A DNA stretch of 62,694 bases, filler included, from Phoronis australis (Eukaryota > Animalia > Phoronida), in assembly GCA_002633005.1 (NCBI GenBank). It is 7 parts of 7 records of this genome, joined end to end, with 100 filler letters (N's around TTAATTAATTAA, not from the genome) between each part and the next. Parts side by side here need not be neighbours in the genome. Positions count along the whole stretch, not along the records: positions 7,206 to 35,180 come from NMRA01000675.1; positions 35,281 to 47,428 come from NMRA01001653.1; positions 47,529 to 51,222 come from NMRA01002890.1; 4 more parts are not named here. One strand, written 5' to 3'. Below the pieces are notes generated by a model. That model had not been told where the DNA came from. It ran no database searches and saw nothing but the letters and a program-made list of their open reading frames with translations. The position numbers and the translations under genes were made by a program. This document shows positions 34,390-47,925 of the stretch, piece by piece; the stretch's first letter is position 1; every line of letters begins with the position of its first letter.

Positions 34390-35180
34390 AAAGACCCCAA
34401 AAAATGAGCTAGCCTAGATATTCGAGGTACCAACCAAAACTGATTTAAAACGAACAATAGTACCGCACTGAACACCGAATGACCCATGACAGACAAATTG
34501 CACTCTGGAATGGGTCCGGCAGAAACCAAAAAAGGACCCCCCAAAAATGAGCTAGCACATACATTCGAGGTACCACACAAAACCAATTCCATGTGATTCA
34601 ATACATGTCACAGATCACTAAAACCCCTATGACAGACAAAATACACTCTGGGTTGTGCCCGGCAGAAACCCCCAAAAATCTCAACCATGGTATGCCATCA
34701 AAAATTTGAGCTAGACTAGATTTTCGAGGTAGCGGCCAAAACTGATTTTAAACGAACAATAGTACCGCACTGAACACCAAATGACCCATGACAGACAAAC
34801 TGCACTCTGGAATGGGTCCGGCAGAAACCAAAAAGGACCCCCCAAAAATGAGCTAGCATATACATTCGAGGTACCACACAAAACCAATTCCATATGATTC
34901 AATACATGTCACAGATCACTAAATGCCCTATGACAGACAAATTACACTCTGTATTGTGCCCGGCAGAAACCCCCAAAAATCTCAACCACGGTATGCCATC
35001 AAAATTTGATCTAGACTAGATTTTCGAGGTACCGGCCAAAACTGATTTAAAACGAACAATAGTACCGCACTGAACATTGAATGGCCCATGACAGACAAAC
35101 TGCACTCTGGAATGGGTCCGGCAGAAACCAAAAAGACCCCCCAAAAATGAGCTAGCACATACATTTGAGATACCACAAAA
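34390..35180. repeat. ~301-bp tandem repeat built from two related ~150-bp monomers, running into a gap
   Basis: ga(g/t)ctag.ctaga..ttcgaggta at 34406, 34708, 35008; related gagctagca.atacatt at ~34549, ~34850, ~35149. Confidence 0.9.
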
Positions 35181-35609
35181 NNNNNNNNNNNNNNNNNNNN
35201 NNNNNNNNNNNNNNNNNNNNNNNNTTAATTAATTAANNNNNNNNNNNNNNNNNNNNNNNNNNNNNNNNNNNNNNNNNNNNAGTGAAAGAAATTACAGTTT
35301 AGAGCCAATCATAGAATAGAAACACAAGTTATCAGTAGGCCCTAAGTGATGAAACATATGCAGGACAATTTCGGTTATAGTTTGTTAGGTGGGTCCCACA
35401 CTCAAAATTCATTTGAGAACCAGTTACTACTACTGAACAACGGGCGTAATTCATTGGGAGTAACTCAGTAACTGGCTCTAAAATCAAGTACTAGTACCCA
35501 TCACCCCAGCCATATGTAACGGATTACCACAATTTTGCTTTGAGTAATCAAATAAAACCATGAAACTTAAAGGTAAGACAAGTTCAAATCACTCTGCCAG
35601 CATCAATGG

Positions 35610-35991
35610 TTGACAGGCAGCATTTTCACAAAAAGAATTCTTTGTATCACTCGACGTATATCTCACCTGTCTTTATCAGTAGTGGGAGTGCAAGTCCCGG
35701 ATTTTCTGCAGCGCAAAAAGCTCCTCTTTTTAGGGACTGCAGCCGGCATATCTTGTTTTGTAGTTACTTGACACAGCACTACCCTCAGAGGTATTAAATT
35801 GACAGGCAGCATTTTCACAAAAAGAATTCTTTGTATCACTCGTATATCTCACCTGTCTTTATCAGTAGTGGGAGAGCAAGTCCCGGTTTTTCTGCAGCGC
35901 AAAAAGCTCCTCTGATCCTCTTTTTAGGTACTGCAGCCGGCATATCTTGTTTTGTAGTTACTTGACACAGCACTACCCTCAGAGGTATTAA
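35610..35991. repeat. Tandem duplication of a ~190-bp unit (2 copies)
   Basis: ttgacaggcagcattttcacaaaaag...ccctcagaggtattaa twice with small indels. Confidence 0.9.
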
Positions 35992-37099
35992 CTATGGGAA
36001 ATCTATATGAACTACATGATCAGATAAAATATCTTGTCTCTGTGACCGCTGACCTCTCTACGGTCTCTGTCTTGGTGAAGCGTTACCGTTTTGCGGCCCC
36101 GAGTCTTTGCTACACACGCTAAATTTTACTGGAGTTCTTATGGTGAATTTTACGCTTAAAACGTTAACACAACTTAAAAGATGGTAGATGGATCGTGGAA
36201 TCACTGAATTGACAAAGAAAATGTGAACTTGTTATGTTGTGCGAAGCTGTGAACGGACTGAAATTGGAACTCAACCTGGTCTAGGCCTGGGGCGATAGTT
36301 TATCCCCATAAAAAGTTACTCACTTCAAAATACAGCAAATAAAATCAAATGAAACATGCATATGCGCACATGGAGTTATAATTAATTAACACATACCCTG
36401 ACTCATATAACTTAAACCTATCCATGAAAACCTCGCGATTCGCTCAAGTTTCTCTCACAGGGCGCCATTTTGTGGAAGTTACGTGAAATCACGAACAATA
36501 AGTCCAAGGAACACAAATCTTACAAATTCACTTGATATGTTCTCATGTTATTTTGCAAGTGTCACGCGCCAGGTCTCGCGCTTCACTCAGCCTCGCGCTA
36601 GCCCGCTTTGCCTCATACTCACCTGACCAGTTGAACTACTTTGTGGTTATCGCGCTCGCGGTTTAAGTTAACAGTAACCACAATGTGGAGTTGGAATTCT
36701 TCGCCAAATCCAATTTCAAGTGTCAAATTCTGAACACGGCGCATTCGTAACGGAACTATGGCTAAGTACAGGCTCTCCCGCGATATCCCAGGCGACTGGC
36801 AGTGGCGCTGCGCACTACGACTCCTTTTCCGTCGTCTGCTCCACTGTGCAATGAAGAAAATTTTCTTCATTTCTTAAAGAAATGGAACCTGAGTGACGAT
36901 GAAAAAACAGAGGCTGCTGGTAAGATGTGAATTTTAATCGAAGCCTTAGTNGATCCGCCACTGGTATTGTAGTGCGAATCTGAATTTCATTTGCCATAAC
37001 AGCAATGCTTGTTTGGCATTTTTCGTTCTAAACGGCCAAAAAATGGAATAAAATAACAGAATACACTCTGCTAACGTACTGGGCAAATGAGCCAAACGA

Positions 37100-37300
37100 C
37101 AAGCTTTTCATTGCCCCAATTCCCGTGACGTCACAGTTAAGTCTCACGTAATCTCGCGTTATTGTTATAAACTCGCAAAAGGACTATTGTGTTTATCGGC
37201 ACTGCCCATTGAATGCATCTAATAGAACAACGGAGACCGGAGTGTATGCGCAAAGCCGCTTGTCACGTGACTTTTGTATTTCCCGCCATTGAGATTCAGC
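37100..37300. promoter_or_regulatory. Promoter-like motif cluster
   Basis: GTGACGTCAC (CRE) 37125-37134, ATCTCGCG ~37151, GTCACGTGAC (E-box) 37262-37271, TTTCCCGCCATT 37279-37290; motif presence only. Confidence 0.35.
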
Positions 37301-37737
37301 TGAATATTGCTATTCAAACCACAAAACCCCTGCTGATACGAGACAGACGTGCGATTGCCACTGAGATATACGAAACCTAATTACTCTTACAACTACTTCT
37401 ACTGTGTGGAGTGCCTGAACAAGTGAGAAATGCCTTTCACAGATTACCTTAACGCATTCTGTGGATCCATCACCCAGTAAGTACCCTGCTTTTATTACAT
37501 ATATGCTAAGTCGGCCTAATTTTTTTCGAAAACAGTTGTGATGCAAGCACCATATTTCACAACACATAGCGTAAGGACGCAGGTCAAATGCTTGGGGATA
37601 TATTGAGTGTGACCCTCAACTGAATTTTCCATTTAGATGAGCAAAAATAAAAAGTTGGGTAAGGATGGAAAAAGCTGAGCAAAGACGTCATTCAAGTGAG
37701 ACAGTTTTGAAATGTGTGATTGCATTTCGACTCTTTC

Positions 37738-38010
37738 AGCCGATTTCATAAAGGTGGTTTAAAGTTAAACCTGGTTTAAACTGGGCTTAGACCAGGTTTA
37801 AAGATAATCTGCATTTCATAAAGGTGGTTTAACTTTTAGACCAGTGGTCTTGTAAAACCTGGTTTAACTCCAGTTTAGACCTGGTCTAAGTCAGTTTTCA
37901 TTTCACCAACGAGGTATATATTACTTAGACCTGTATTAAGATCATAAACCAGGATTAACTTTAGACTTGGTCATACCCAGGTTTAACACNCTTTTAATGT
38001 TTTTAAACCA
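37738..38010. mobile_element. End of a Harbinger-like non-autonomous element with subterminal palindromic repeats
   Basis: ccgatttcataaagg start and many ttaaacc(a/t)ggtttaa / ttagacc motifs; family assignment from recall. Confidence 0.5.
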
Positions 38011-39690
38011 GAACGCTTCGGAATTCAACACTAATGGCTAAACGTTGGCGTTAGCTTGAAGATGCAACGTTGTTAATTATCACTGAGTTGTTGAAACGGC
38101 AGCTCTGTTTCAAAATACTTGCTAGCTTAATTTCCTGCAAAATGTCAAAGGCTTACATATTTCAATACGGCTTCATTACAAAACGTAAACCACTGTTGAA
38201 CACAATAGTTTTCAAGTGTTAATTTTTGCCGCCACAATGGAATCAGTCTTGCAAATTTAGTGAAAACCATGCCGAGAATACATGTTATTGCTCGTGAGCC
38301 TTCTAGAGGTTGAAATTGTCCTTTCTGACTATAGTTTAAACGAGACATGATGACTCAATTGGACCACCTCAGTGCTAAAGTATGAATTAATCCGTTGCTC
38401 TCAAGTCCAAAAATGCAGAAAATGACGTCTTGCTCACACTTTTTGTAGAGTAAACACAAGACAATTCAACAATAAAGCAAAGCCACTCGGATAATAGATG
38501 ATTTAAATTAAGGCGAAAAAGTCTGACACAGAACAAAATCGTCACGACCGTGGCAATAAATTATCAGTATAAATTATCCTCTGCCATTGGTGTAGGCCCT
38601 AATCGTGTGAATGGGATGCTAATCGCAGTAAATGTCATTGAAAATTTCTATGATCATGCCGTGGACAATTTTCATTTGCACTGAAACATGATCAGCAACC
38701 TTTCAACATCCCAAAATGCCTTTCTCATTCTTCTGCCTAACGTTTAACCTTTTCGCATAACTGTCCCAAAATATGACAAGTTTAGTGTTTGGAAAAGCGA
38801 ACAGGGTAATTTCGCTTAGTAAAAAGCACAGACTATTGATAAAACAGTAGGACACTCAAACGTTTAGAATCTCTTCGACTGACCCCGAACGATAAGCGGT
38901 TAACCACTGCGGGAAATCNNNNNNNNNNNNNNNNNNNNNNNNNNNNCCCCCCCTCTAAACCCGCCAGTGCCCTTGAATGCTTGGGGCCCAATGGTCCCGC
39001 CCCTCCCGACTAGGCCGCTATGGGGTATCCGATAATCACTGATGGGCAAGGCCCGGCATCAGCCTCTAGATGTGCTGCACGCAGCCTTCGGGTTTTAACA
39101 CTTAGTCCGACTCCCGGGCCGAACTAGGCTAAATATTACTTAAAATTCTTTGAAAGATTGTAATGTCGACGAGCGTCACCCAAAGATCATTGATTTAATG
39201 TAACAATCATGCTTTTTTATTATGATAAACACCACCCCCTTTAGTAGGTCTACCATCTACGGTTTGGTGATAGCAGCAACATTGCCCGTGCACACGGCGC
39301 CAGTACGACTGCTACGCGGCCTACGTTAGTTGGTTCAGGCGTTAATTTTCTACTGAGCTATGCATTAGCTATTCATTGCCCCAGGGACATGAATGACGCT
39401 TTGATTCTGGACGCTATGAACATTTTTCTATCTACTGATCGAGTCTTTGCTGCTTAATGAAGGCATGGAATTAGTCTCGAGTCCGGAAGTATCATGGTAA
39501 GGGGATTTCATTACGGCGTTCTGACGTTCCCAATATATCATATTGGTTCCTAGGTCAGACGTAGGGGGTAGTGAGCGTGTGATAACATCTAGTTCCTTTG
39601 TTAAGTGCCAATTAATTATCTAACAGGCTTATTACAGACCACCTGTGAACACTGTGATTGTGAAAGCCAAAGCGAAATTATAGTAATCAT

Positions 39691-40135
39691 GATCTGCTGT
39701 GCATGAACTTGGAATCCTGCTTAATCTCAAGATTAAGCGGAAGTGAGTGTTGCTTGAACTTGGAACTGAATATTCTTAAAGCAAAAGAGGCGAAATTTTT
39801 GATCAGTTAAAAGAATTTTTGTAATTATTGGCTTCGCAATCAACCATTTTCTCCTTTACTGTAACTTGTGTCGCTGAACCGGATAATATGTGAATGGCTA
39901 AATCTATTATTGTTTAGTGAAACTGATCGCCCTTAGTTGAAAAGGTTGGATAAAATTGACATTATTTTATTCAAATGTAACTTGATTTAGTGCAGGGCAA
40001 ATTTCTATGAACATGAACGTGATTATTTAATTGAGTGAACTTGTCAAGTTGCCTCGCGTATTCCAAGTTCACGCAACACTCACTTCCGCTTAATCTTAAG
40101 ATTAAGCAGGATTCCAAGTTCACGTACAGGAGATC
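39691..40135. mobile_element. MITE with ~75-bp terminal inverted repeats
   Basis: gatctgctgtgcatgaacttggaatcctgcttaatctcaagattaagcggaagtgagtgttgc and its near-perfect reverse complement at ~40060-40135. Confidence 0.8.
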
Positions 40136-42141
40136 AATGCTGGGAGCGCGCATGCCTTACCTTCGCATGAACCTTAACCGTCTGTAGGGTAAATTACTTA
40201 GTACTAGCATTGTTTGAAAAATTAGATTCAAACTTATTTCAAGTGAGAAAGAAGAATGCATTACTTGGTGGGAATAACATTTGATAGAATAGTCTAATAA
40301 TGTTATTTGGCACTCATGAATGTACATTATATAATTATAGACATCACTTTTATTATGGTCTTGTGAGAGAGACATCAACAAAGTAGAAGGTCATACATAG
40401 TAGTGGGAAATGATGTGAAAATACTTATGTTTGCACGGTAAATTGACTTAACAGTACCGTATTACTTAGCCACCTACATTTCCAAACAAAACAAGCATGT
40501 CATAATGAGGGTAGGCCCTGTGTAAGTGCCTGTAAGGTAGCTCAACTACAGAAGCCTTTTATAATTGCCTGTTGGGAAATGCATTGTACCCTGCATTGTG
40601 AATTTAACTTAGGGGCGGATCCAGGACTTAGAGTTGGGGGCGGGGGCAAGGCAGAGTATTAGCCAGGATTTTGCCCGTTAGACATTCTCACCCTCGAACA
40701 GCCTGGGAGAATTTTAGGGGCATGGCTTCAGCTCCCTTGACCCCCCTCTAACTCTGCCTCTGCAATGGGGTAAAGTGTTGGTGAATTGTATAATAGTCTA
40801 CAATGTTTGTAAATTTTGTCTTTATGGCATTTGATCCAACACTGAATTGAAAACTGCTGTAAAATGTAATGATCTTTCAGACTGTTAACGGAGTGGACTA
40901 CGTATATCATTTTAAAACTCAACACTCTGTATTTTCATATGTATGGAGATCTTTTGACATTTTCTGTCACAGAAACTGAAGTCATGTCATTACTCTTGGT
41001 TTTTGCACATAGTAACGGCAAACTCAGGTTGCATGAACCACTCTTGCAGTATTCAATCTTCCTAATTCATTGCACAGCAATTAATAAGGAGTCATGGGCG
41101 GCGCAACCCAATGTGGTCCATGGGCGGTTCACTACAGAGGGTCGAGGAGCTATAACCCCACGTTTTTGAGTGCTGCACCGCCCGTGTGACTGAACTACTT
41201 CCCCCATTAACATGCTGGTCTGTTGTGGTAATTATTTTTCGCCTTTATTGATACAGTTCGGAACAAACTCTGTAGTTGATTGAGCCATGTTGTAGTCCAC
41301 CGCTTTTGACGCAATCTCCCGACTTGGTCTTATCGTCCACATGCGAGCAAAACTGCTGAAGGCACCCCATTGTGAATTTGCTGTTTATGAACTTTATTTA
41401 TTTTCTGTAGGTACTTTTCGGGAGGATGACCTCTTAGTCGACCGACCATGGATCCAACTCCACCACCTTGCAACCCCATACCGCTTGCAATTGACCGTCA
41501 GCATGTAAGATATATGAATGTGCCAATTAAATATGTTGGCCTAAAAACTCTTTAGGTATTTGCTCATTGCTTTAGTTTTGTTTTGTTTAAATGAACAACA
41601 CAAACCATGCCTTAAATGTTTTAATATCTGTTATAATGTTCACCGACAATGCTTGCAAATAAGCAATATCTTAAGTGCATTTCGCTGGTTCGTGGAAGAC
41701 ATTCACTAACATTCATGTATTCCACCAGCTCGACCGCCTGCTGAGTGCATTCGACCTATCTTTCATACGCTGGGAAGACAGTTACTTCGCCATCTGTGAA
41801 CGGTCATCCTGATGAGCCAGAGCCATACTCACCGCCTTTATGGAGACACATGTCACCCGTGCCGAAGAAGAGGCTGATCACGTCATTCAGTGAGCGATGC
41901 CTACTGGTGAGCATTGTTGTCCATTCTTTGATTTGTGTTTTCCATTAAGAATACAGTGAAATTTCGCCAATTTAAAAGACATTGTCTGGCGAGTGATTTT
42001 TTTCATTTGTTTCTTAAAAGATAGGTAGGCACCAAGTTAATGCTTTCCATTTGTAAGATCTGTGAAATAGTTTCAACCATCAGACGTTATAGCCTTTGAC
42101 AAATGAACAAAGGTCAATTTTATCAATTTACTTTCATTCGA

Positions 42142-42650
42142 ATTTGGTGACAATTTGACCATATTTTGATGCACATATGCTCTCTATTTTGTATGAAAAA
42201 GTACTGTATTGCTGCACCTTTATGCCCATTGCGGGCTTATATCCGAAATAATATTTTTCCATGCTATGAACATTCCCACTAAATAAAATTGGTTCTAACC
42301 CCAGTGGTTAAGGTAAACGGCGGGGTATGGAAAATTGAACTAGACCGTATTTATCCACCTTGGCTGAGTCGCACTCGGCTCACGATCAAAGGGATGCCGC
42401 CAGGCTGCTCTAGTCATCGAGTCACGAGCGAGGATAATTGGCTTCACTCATGCGGATATGATCAGCTGATTACAATCTAGCTAGCAGACTGTACTTTTTA
42501 TGGTGAGAGTTTTACGTAGTTTTTACTGTAATATTTGNGTGACAATTTGACCATATTTTGAAGCACATATGCTCTCTATTTTGTATGAAAAAGTACTGTA
42601 TTGCTGCACCTTTATGCCCATTGCGGGCTTATATCCGAAATAATATTTTT
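42142..42650. repeat. Near-identical ~117-bp direct repeats (42142-42258, ~42534-42650) flanking ~275 bp
   Basis: gtgacaatttgaccatattttga.gcacatatg...atccgaaataatattttt present twice. Confidence 0.9.
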
Positions 42651-43699
42651 CGGGAGTGGTTTGCATGTAAGCCCAAGTAGTGTCCCCTGCATTGGCATTG
42701 GAAATATTGCATTTTTGGCATTTTTTTACCCAAGTGACATATGCTCCTACTGTAAAGAAGACTTGTGTGGCGGCTCATATAGTTACAGTTTTGTTTTTTT
42801 TTTGGTCCTTGACTTAACCTCAAAAGCTCGTCGCAGAAACTTTTTTAATTGTGGCAAGTGCATGTACTATTTCTATGAAAGTGACAACAGATGGCAGGGA
42901 TGTTCCTGGACTTTGCCTTTATGCCATTACCACATCAAAAACATTTTGTATTTTGAGAGGGACGTGTCTCGTAGACACTGTCGTTATTCCCAACTTGAAT
43001 TCTCAGGAGACTGGTCTCAGATAAATTTCGAAGTTAATGGTCAGTCTCTAATGTTGTAGTTTTATTTTATTTTGCCAAAAGTACACTTGAATATAGTTTA
43101 TCAAATTTTTTACAAAATTTGTTTTCCTGTTGGTTATTGTAGTCCCAGGTACTGAAAAATGTATTTACTAATAATTTTCTATGTGCTGTTGTTTTACCAA
43201 CGCTAGGATTTCGAGAAAAATAAAGAGAACTCATTTCTTCATTGCATACCATCCCCCTGGACTGTTAAAACCAAGAAATTTACAACATCACCGTCTTATA
43301 GGGGTTTTTGAAATACTGTTTCAAGACATAACGTAAGAGCATCCGTTTATGAAGAGTTAATGCAGGAATGCAATGCCGATTTGGAAAAAATTCAAGAAAA
43401 TTGTGTAAAAGGCTTATAATTTCTTCGCTCAAATAGCCAATGTATTGCAGAAGGTGAGAAATTAGGTGTGGCTTAGAAAAAGAAACTTTGTTAATACAAC
43501 AGTAACTAGGGTGATAAAGCCCTCTGGTGAAATTTTGACAAATCAAACAGAAATTTTAAGTGAATTAATAAATCTCTCTGGCAAATCACAATCAAGGTCC
43601 ATATTCCGTGGCCAAATTTTGGTGAAAGATGAAGGTTGTTATATAACTAGCTAGGTTTGTAATCTAAAGTATTTTTGTACAAGAACCATAGAATAAAAT

Positions 43700-45850
43700 T
43701 TTATTGCCTAATGCATCACAGTTGTGGTCACAGCCCACTTATATCATGCAAAAATTCATAAGGTAGCTGTTAATTTAATAAGATTTTTGATTAAATTGAA
43801 GAAGTATCAAGTACTAAAATAAAAAAAGTTATTACCGTGCTGATCAAGTTGTTCTAGATGGTGATACATTGCATATCTTAACAAAGTATAATGAAAATTC
43901 CGTCTCTTGCAATATGATTCTTACAAAAGGAAAATGACAAGTAACTACTTTTTCAAAAACTTTATTTGTGCTATTTGCCTAGTTTTCAATACATTCACCA
44001 GTTGGTCAAAATAGTTAAAGCAATGCTAGGCCCAGTGTTCCACTTGTAAACAGTAAAATATGGTACTGGTTGGGGGGTACGTACTCTACTCAATCACCGT
44101 CAAATTTTGACTAAGTTACAAATGTATAGGATGGTCTAGAGTTTTGTGCTGTCTCTACTAGTTGTTTTGTTGCAAGTTGTCTTGAGAGATAGAGAACCTG
44201 CCTCTGCAACATCAGTTGTCACGTGACGTGTCTTATAGGATGTTACTAGCCAAGTCCTGTGTGACATTTTATTGCCCACAAATTTAATAATGTCCATTGT
44301 TTTTTGTCAGACTGGATGCATTTGGAAAATATCAGTATTGTTCATGAGAACAGCAGTATGTAAAACTACTTGTGGACAGAGGTTGAAGGTACATGTATGT
44401 ACACTTTTCAGGGGTACGTACAGTACATTTCAATGACTTGTTAGGCTTTTAAAAAAATACTTAGAATCTACTGAGAGGTACATGTAGTTCATTTATCAAA
44501 TCTATTCAAAGAGAACAAATAAAATGTAAAGCATACATTTGCATATATATCTCTCTGTCATTCTTTGAAAACAGGCACATGTTAAAATATAGGGGTACGT
44601 ACACTACACAAATGCTAATATTTCACTCAAAACAAATGTATTTGTAGTTAATGACTTTTAACCTAGCATTTTTAATGGAGGAAACTGTCTGTGACAAATG
44701 TTGCTTACTTACTGTGTAATATTTTTGTGTCATGGTACTTGTTCACATCGGGGTACGGACACTAAACAGTGGTACATGTACATACACTACATTTCAATGA
44801 CATGTCAGGTTTGTAACTAAATATTAAGAATCTACTGAGAGTTAGTTGATTTACTAAATCAGTTCAAAGAGAAAAACTAAAAAGCGCAGCGTTCATGTGA
44901 ATATCTGCCATACTTTGAAGATAGGCACAAATTCAAATATAGGGGACCGTACACTACACAAATGCTTGTATTTCACTCAAAACAAACGTATTGTAATAAA
45001 CACCCTTTTAACCTAGCATTTTAAGGAAGGAAACTGTCTATGACTAATATTGATCACTTACCTAGTGATATTTTAATTTCATGGCATTTGTAAACATGGG
45101 GGTACGGACACTACAAAAGGGGGTGTACATGTATACACTACATCCCTGTTTCTGCATCACATGGTAACATAATGTTGTAATGTTATAGTGCCATTTATTT
45201 TTCTTTGATGATAATAAGCACCATGTTGTTATTTAAAAGGCAATAATTTCATTTGCAATGACCTTTTGTGTTACTGAATTCCACATGTGGGTACATGCAC
45301 TACATTTTGTTAGCCTTTTTGGCCCATTTTCAACATAGCAGAACCCATACAGTCAATATCCAAACCTTAGGTTTGTTTGGATGATGAATAATTTGTTGTG
45401 TTGTCTAGGCTAACATATTCCACAGTTCTTTTTATTAGAGTTTTTAATAACTTTAGGTTTTAACCTTCTTTACAGTAAGTGAGGGTTAGAAACACAGAAT
45501 TTACAATTTTCGTAACGAGCGCCTGTTTTATGATGAACCTTACTATTTCTCAATGATTAAGCACAACTTCATCTATTAAGTGATTCTGAAAGTGACTCAA
45601 GTTATTCCCAGTCATATCTAATCAATTGCTTACTTAACAAAATGAATTTATTTTTTATTGTTGACAGTTGAAAATTGTAATTTATCAAATGGCCACCCGT
45701 AACACTAAAAATACATAAATTCAGGGACAAAAACATTCATAAATTTCTCAAACATTGTCCAATTTTAATGATTGTTTTTTAATTTGCACAACTAAATTAC
45801 TCTTTGCATATGAGATTCAGTTGGCATTTGGTAAGTGTCCAAAAATTATT
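43700..45850. mobile_element. Interspersed non-coding element with internal ~360-bp duplication and recurring GGGGTACGTACACTAC motif; partial second copy at 52635-53300
   Basis: Motif variants at ~44073, 44411, 44592, 44750, 44942, 45099; 45165-45845 aligns by eye with 52635-53296. Left end approximate. Confidence 0.65.
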
Positions 45851-45942
45851 TTAGACTGTAACACAGTCAACTCTCAAATATGGACCTTGATTGTGATTTA
45901 GTCATTTACGAAAAAGTATCTTCTAGATAAAATGCATGTGGA

Positions 45943-46050
45943 ATTGAGAATATCATTGATGTTGTAGAAACTGAGAATATCATTGATATTGTAGAAATTG
46001 AGAATATCATTGATATTGTAGAAATTGAGAATATCAGTGATATTGTAGAA
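45943..46050. repeat. 27-bp tandem repeat x4 within the LINE remnant
   Basis: attgagaatatcattgatattgtagaa repeated. Confidence 0.9.
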
Positions 46051-47528
46051 ATTCAAAATATCCAATGAAATTATCAACATTGATCGAGCAAGTTTGGATA
46101 CTTATATTAATCCTCATGAAATAGAAGGTGCATTAAAGAAAATGAAAAATTACAAAAGTTAAGAAATTGATGGTTTTACTAGTTAATTCACCAAATAGTT
46201 TTGGAAGGAGTTGTTTAGATCTTTAAAGGATAGTTTTGAAATGTTTTGTGTTTGCCGATGATACAATGATAGAAACAAAATGGTCTCTCAAATCTCTCAA
46301 AAATGCAGTGGATCTCCTGCACCAATTTGTATTCCGGTCATGTGGACTATGGATTGGAACCAGGAAGTATAATACCTGGCGTGTGTTCAGTAATGCTAGG
46401 ACCTACGCTAGGACCTAGCTAAAATCTAGCCAAAGTCACATGATTTTATTTAAGATACATGGTAATATCTCACGTAACCTTGAGGAGTCCTAATTAAGTG
46501 CTACTGAACAGGAGACTGATTTCCCAAAACTTCATGAATGATTTCCAAAAACAAATTTTCAATTTAGGTGACTAACATTAGTCTGAATCTAGACAAAATG
46601 ATTGGTTTGAAGAAAGGTAATTGACTGTAAACTTGTAGTTAATTGGCCGTTCTTGGTTTTTCTTTCTTTAGGTTCTGATCTTTGTGACCATGGCTGCCTG
46701 TCATTGACCATCGCCACCTGTTGTCAACCATAAGCCAATTGACTGAATGCATTAATGAACATCACATCTCTACGCTTGCCCTCATCGACAGTGCCATGGC
46801 ACCTGCCTGCCATCAGCTGTGCATAGTACAGATGAACTGAAGTTCAGGGAAAGCTGCGCTTCTTTTACTGCAGTCCTGCAGTGCTAACCATACTCAGAAG
46901 GGTTCATAGGATATTTTGGCCGAATGCCAATCGCCCAATTTTACAAATTTTGACATTTTACTGTTCACAGTGCGTAATGTCCACATTGTTCTACGAGACA
47001 TTCCTAAAAGTGTCATGCAGTGTCTTTGTGAGCGCCAGTTTGCCAAAAATTTTAGCTCCAAAAATACAAATTTTGTTCACCTTTTGGTAACTCGTAATTT
47101 CATGTAAATCCGTTTTGAGGTTCACGACAACCACCCGAAGTAGTTTGGCAGAGGGGCAAGGAATTCATGGTCATAACCGCTATTTCTGCCGTCATGTTGG
47201 GGAATTCCAGGTCGTTCTGGTTGATCACTGTGCTGTGTACTGTGCTGTCCGCATCAACTGTGCATGTATCAGTGAATATCCGTACATCGAAGATTGCCGT
47301 CTAATCTCTGAGTATTGACTGTTCGTGTGTTGATGCCTCGGGTCAACTGGTTGCATTTCAACCGTCCACTTACCGAAGAATGTCCATACATTGAAGATCG
47401 CCATCTGCTGTCTGCATATCGAACATTCNNNNNNNNNNNNNNNNNNNNNNNNNNNNNNNNNNNNNNNNNNNNTTAATTAATTAANNNNNNNNNNNNNNNN
47501 NNNNNNNNNNNNNNNNNNNNNNNNNNNN

Positions 47529-47925
47529 CTTTTGATCATACTCTTTTGACCATGCACACTTGATCATGCAATTATGATCATGCACTTTTGACCATGTACT
47601 TGTGATCTAGCACTTTTGATCGTGCGCTTTTGACCATGCTCTTTTGACCATGCACTTTTGACCATGCTTTTTTGATCATGCTCTTTTGATCATGCTCTTT
47701 TGATCATGCTCTTTTGATCACGCTCTTTTGATCATGCAATTTTGACCATGCTCTTTTGATCATGCACTTTTGACCATGCTTTTTTGATCATGCACTTTTG
47801 ATCATGCTTTTTTGATCATGCACTTTTGATCCTGCACTTTTGACCATGCACTTTTGACCATGCACTTTTGATCATGCACTTTTGACCATGCACTTTTGGT
47901 CATGCTTTTTTTGATCAGGCACTTT
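47529..47925. repeat. 14-bp minisatellite (~28 copies) abutting a gap
   Basis: cttttga(c/t)catgca and variants. Confidence 0.95.

Larger units (their letters stand above)
43330..46380 (+). mobile_element. Decayed L1/Tx1-clade LINE ORF2 split by a ~2.3-kb insertion
   Basis: EGEK...KRNFVNTTVTRVIKPSGEILTNQTEILSE (~43440-43565) resumes after ~45900 with EIEGALKKMKNYKS*EIDGF...FWKEL and FADDT. Confidence 0.75.

Noticed and set aside
42601-43059. 152-aa Cys/Phe-rich ORF and similar short ORFs in 28.9-60 kb
   Set aside because: Non-ATG starts, AT-rich composition, overlap with repeats and no splice-site support.
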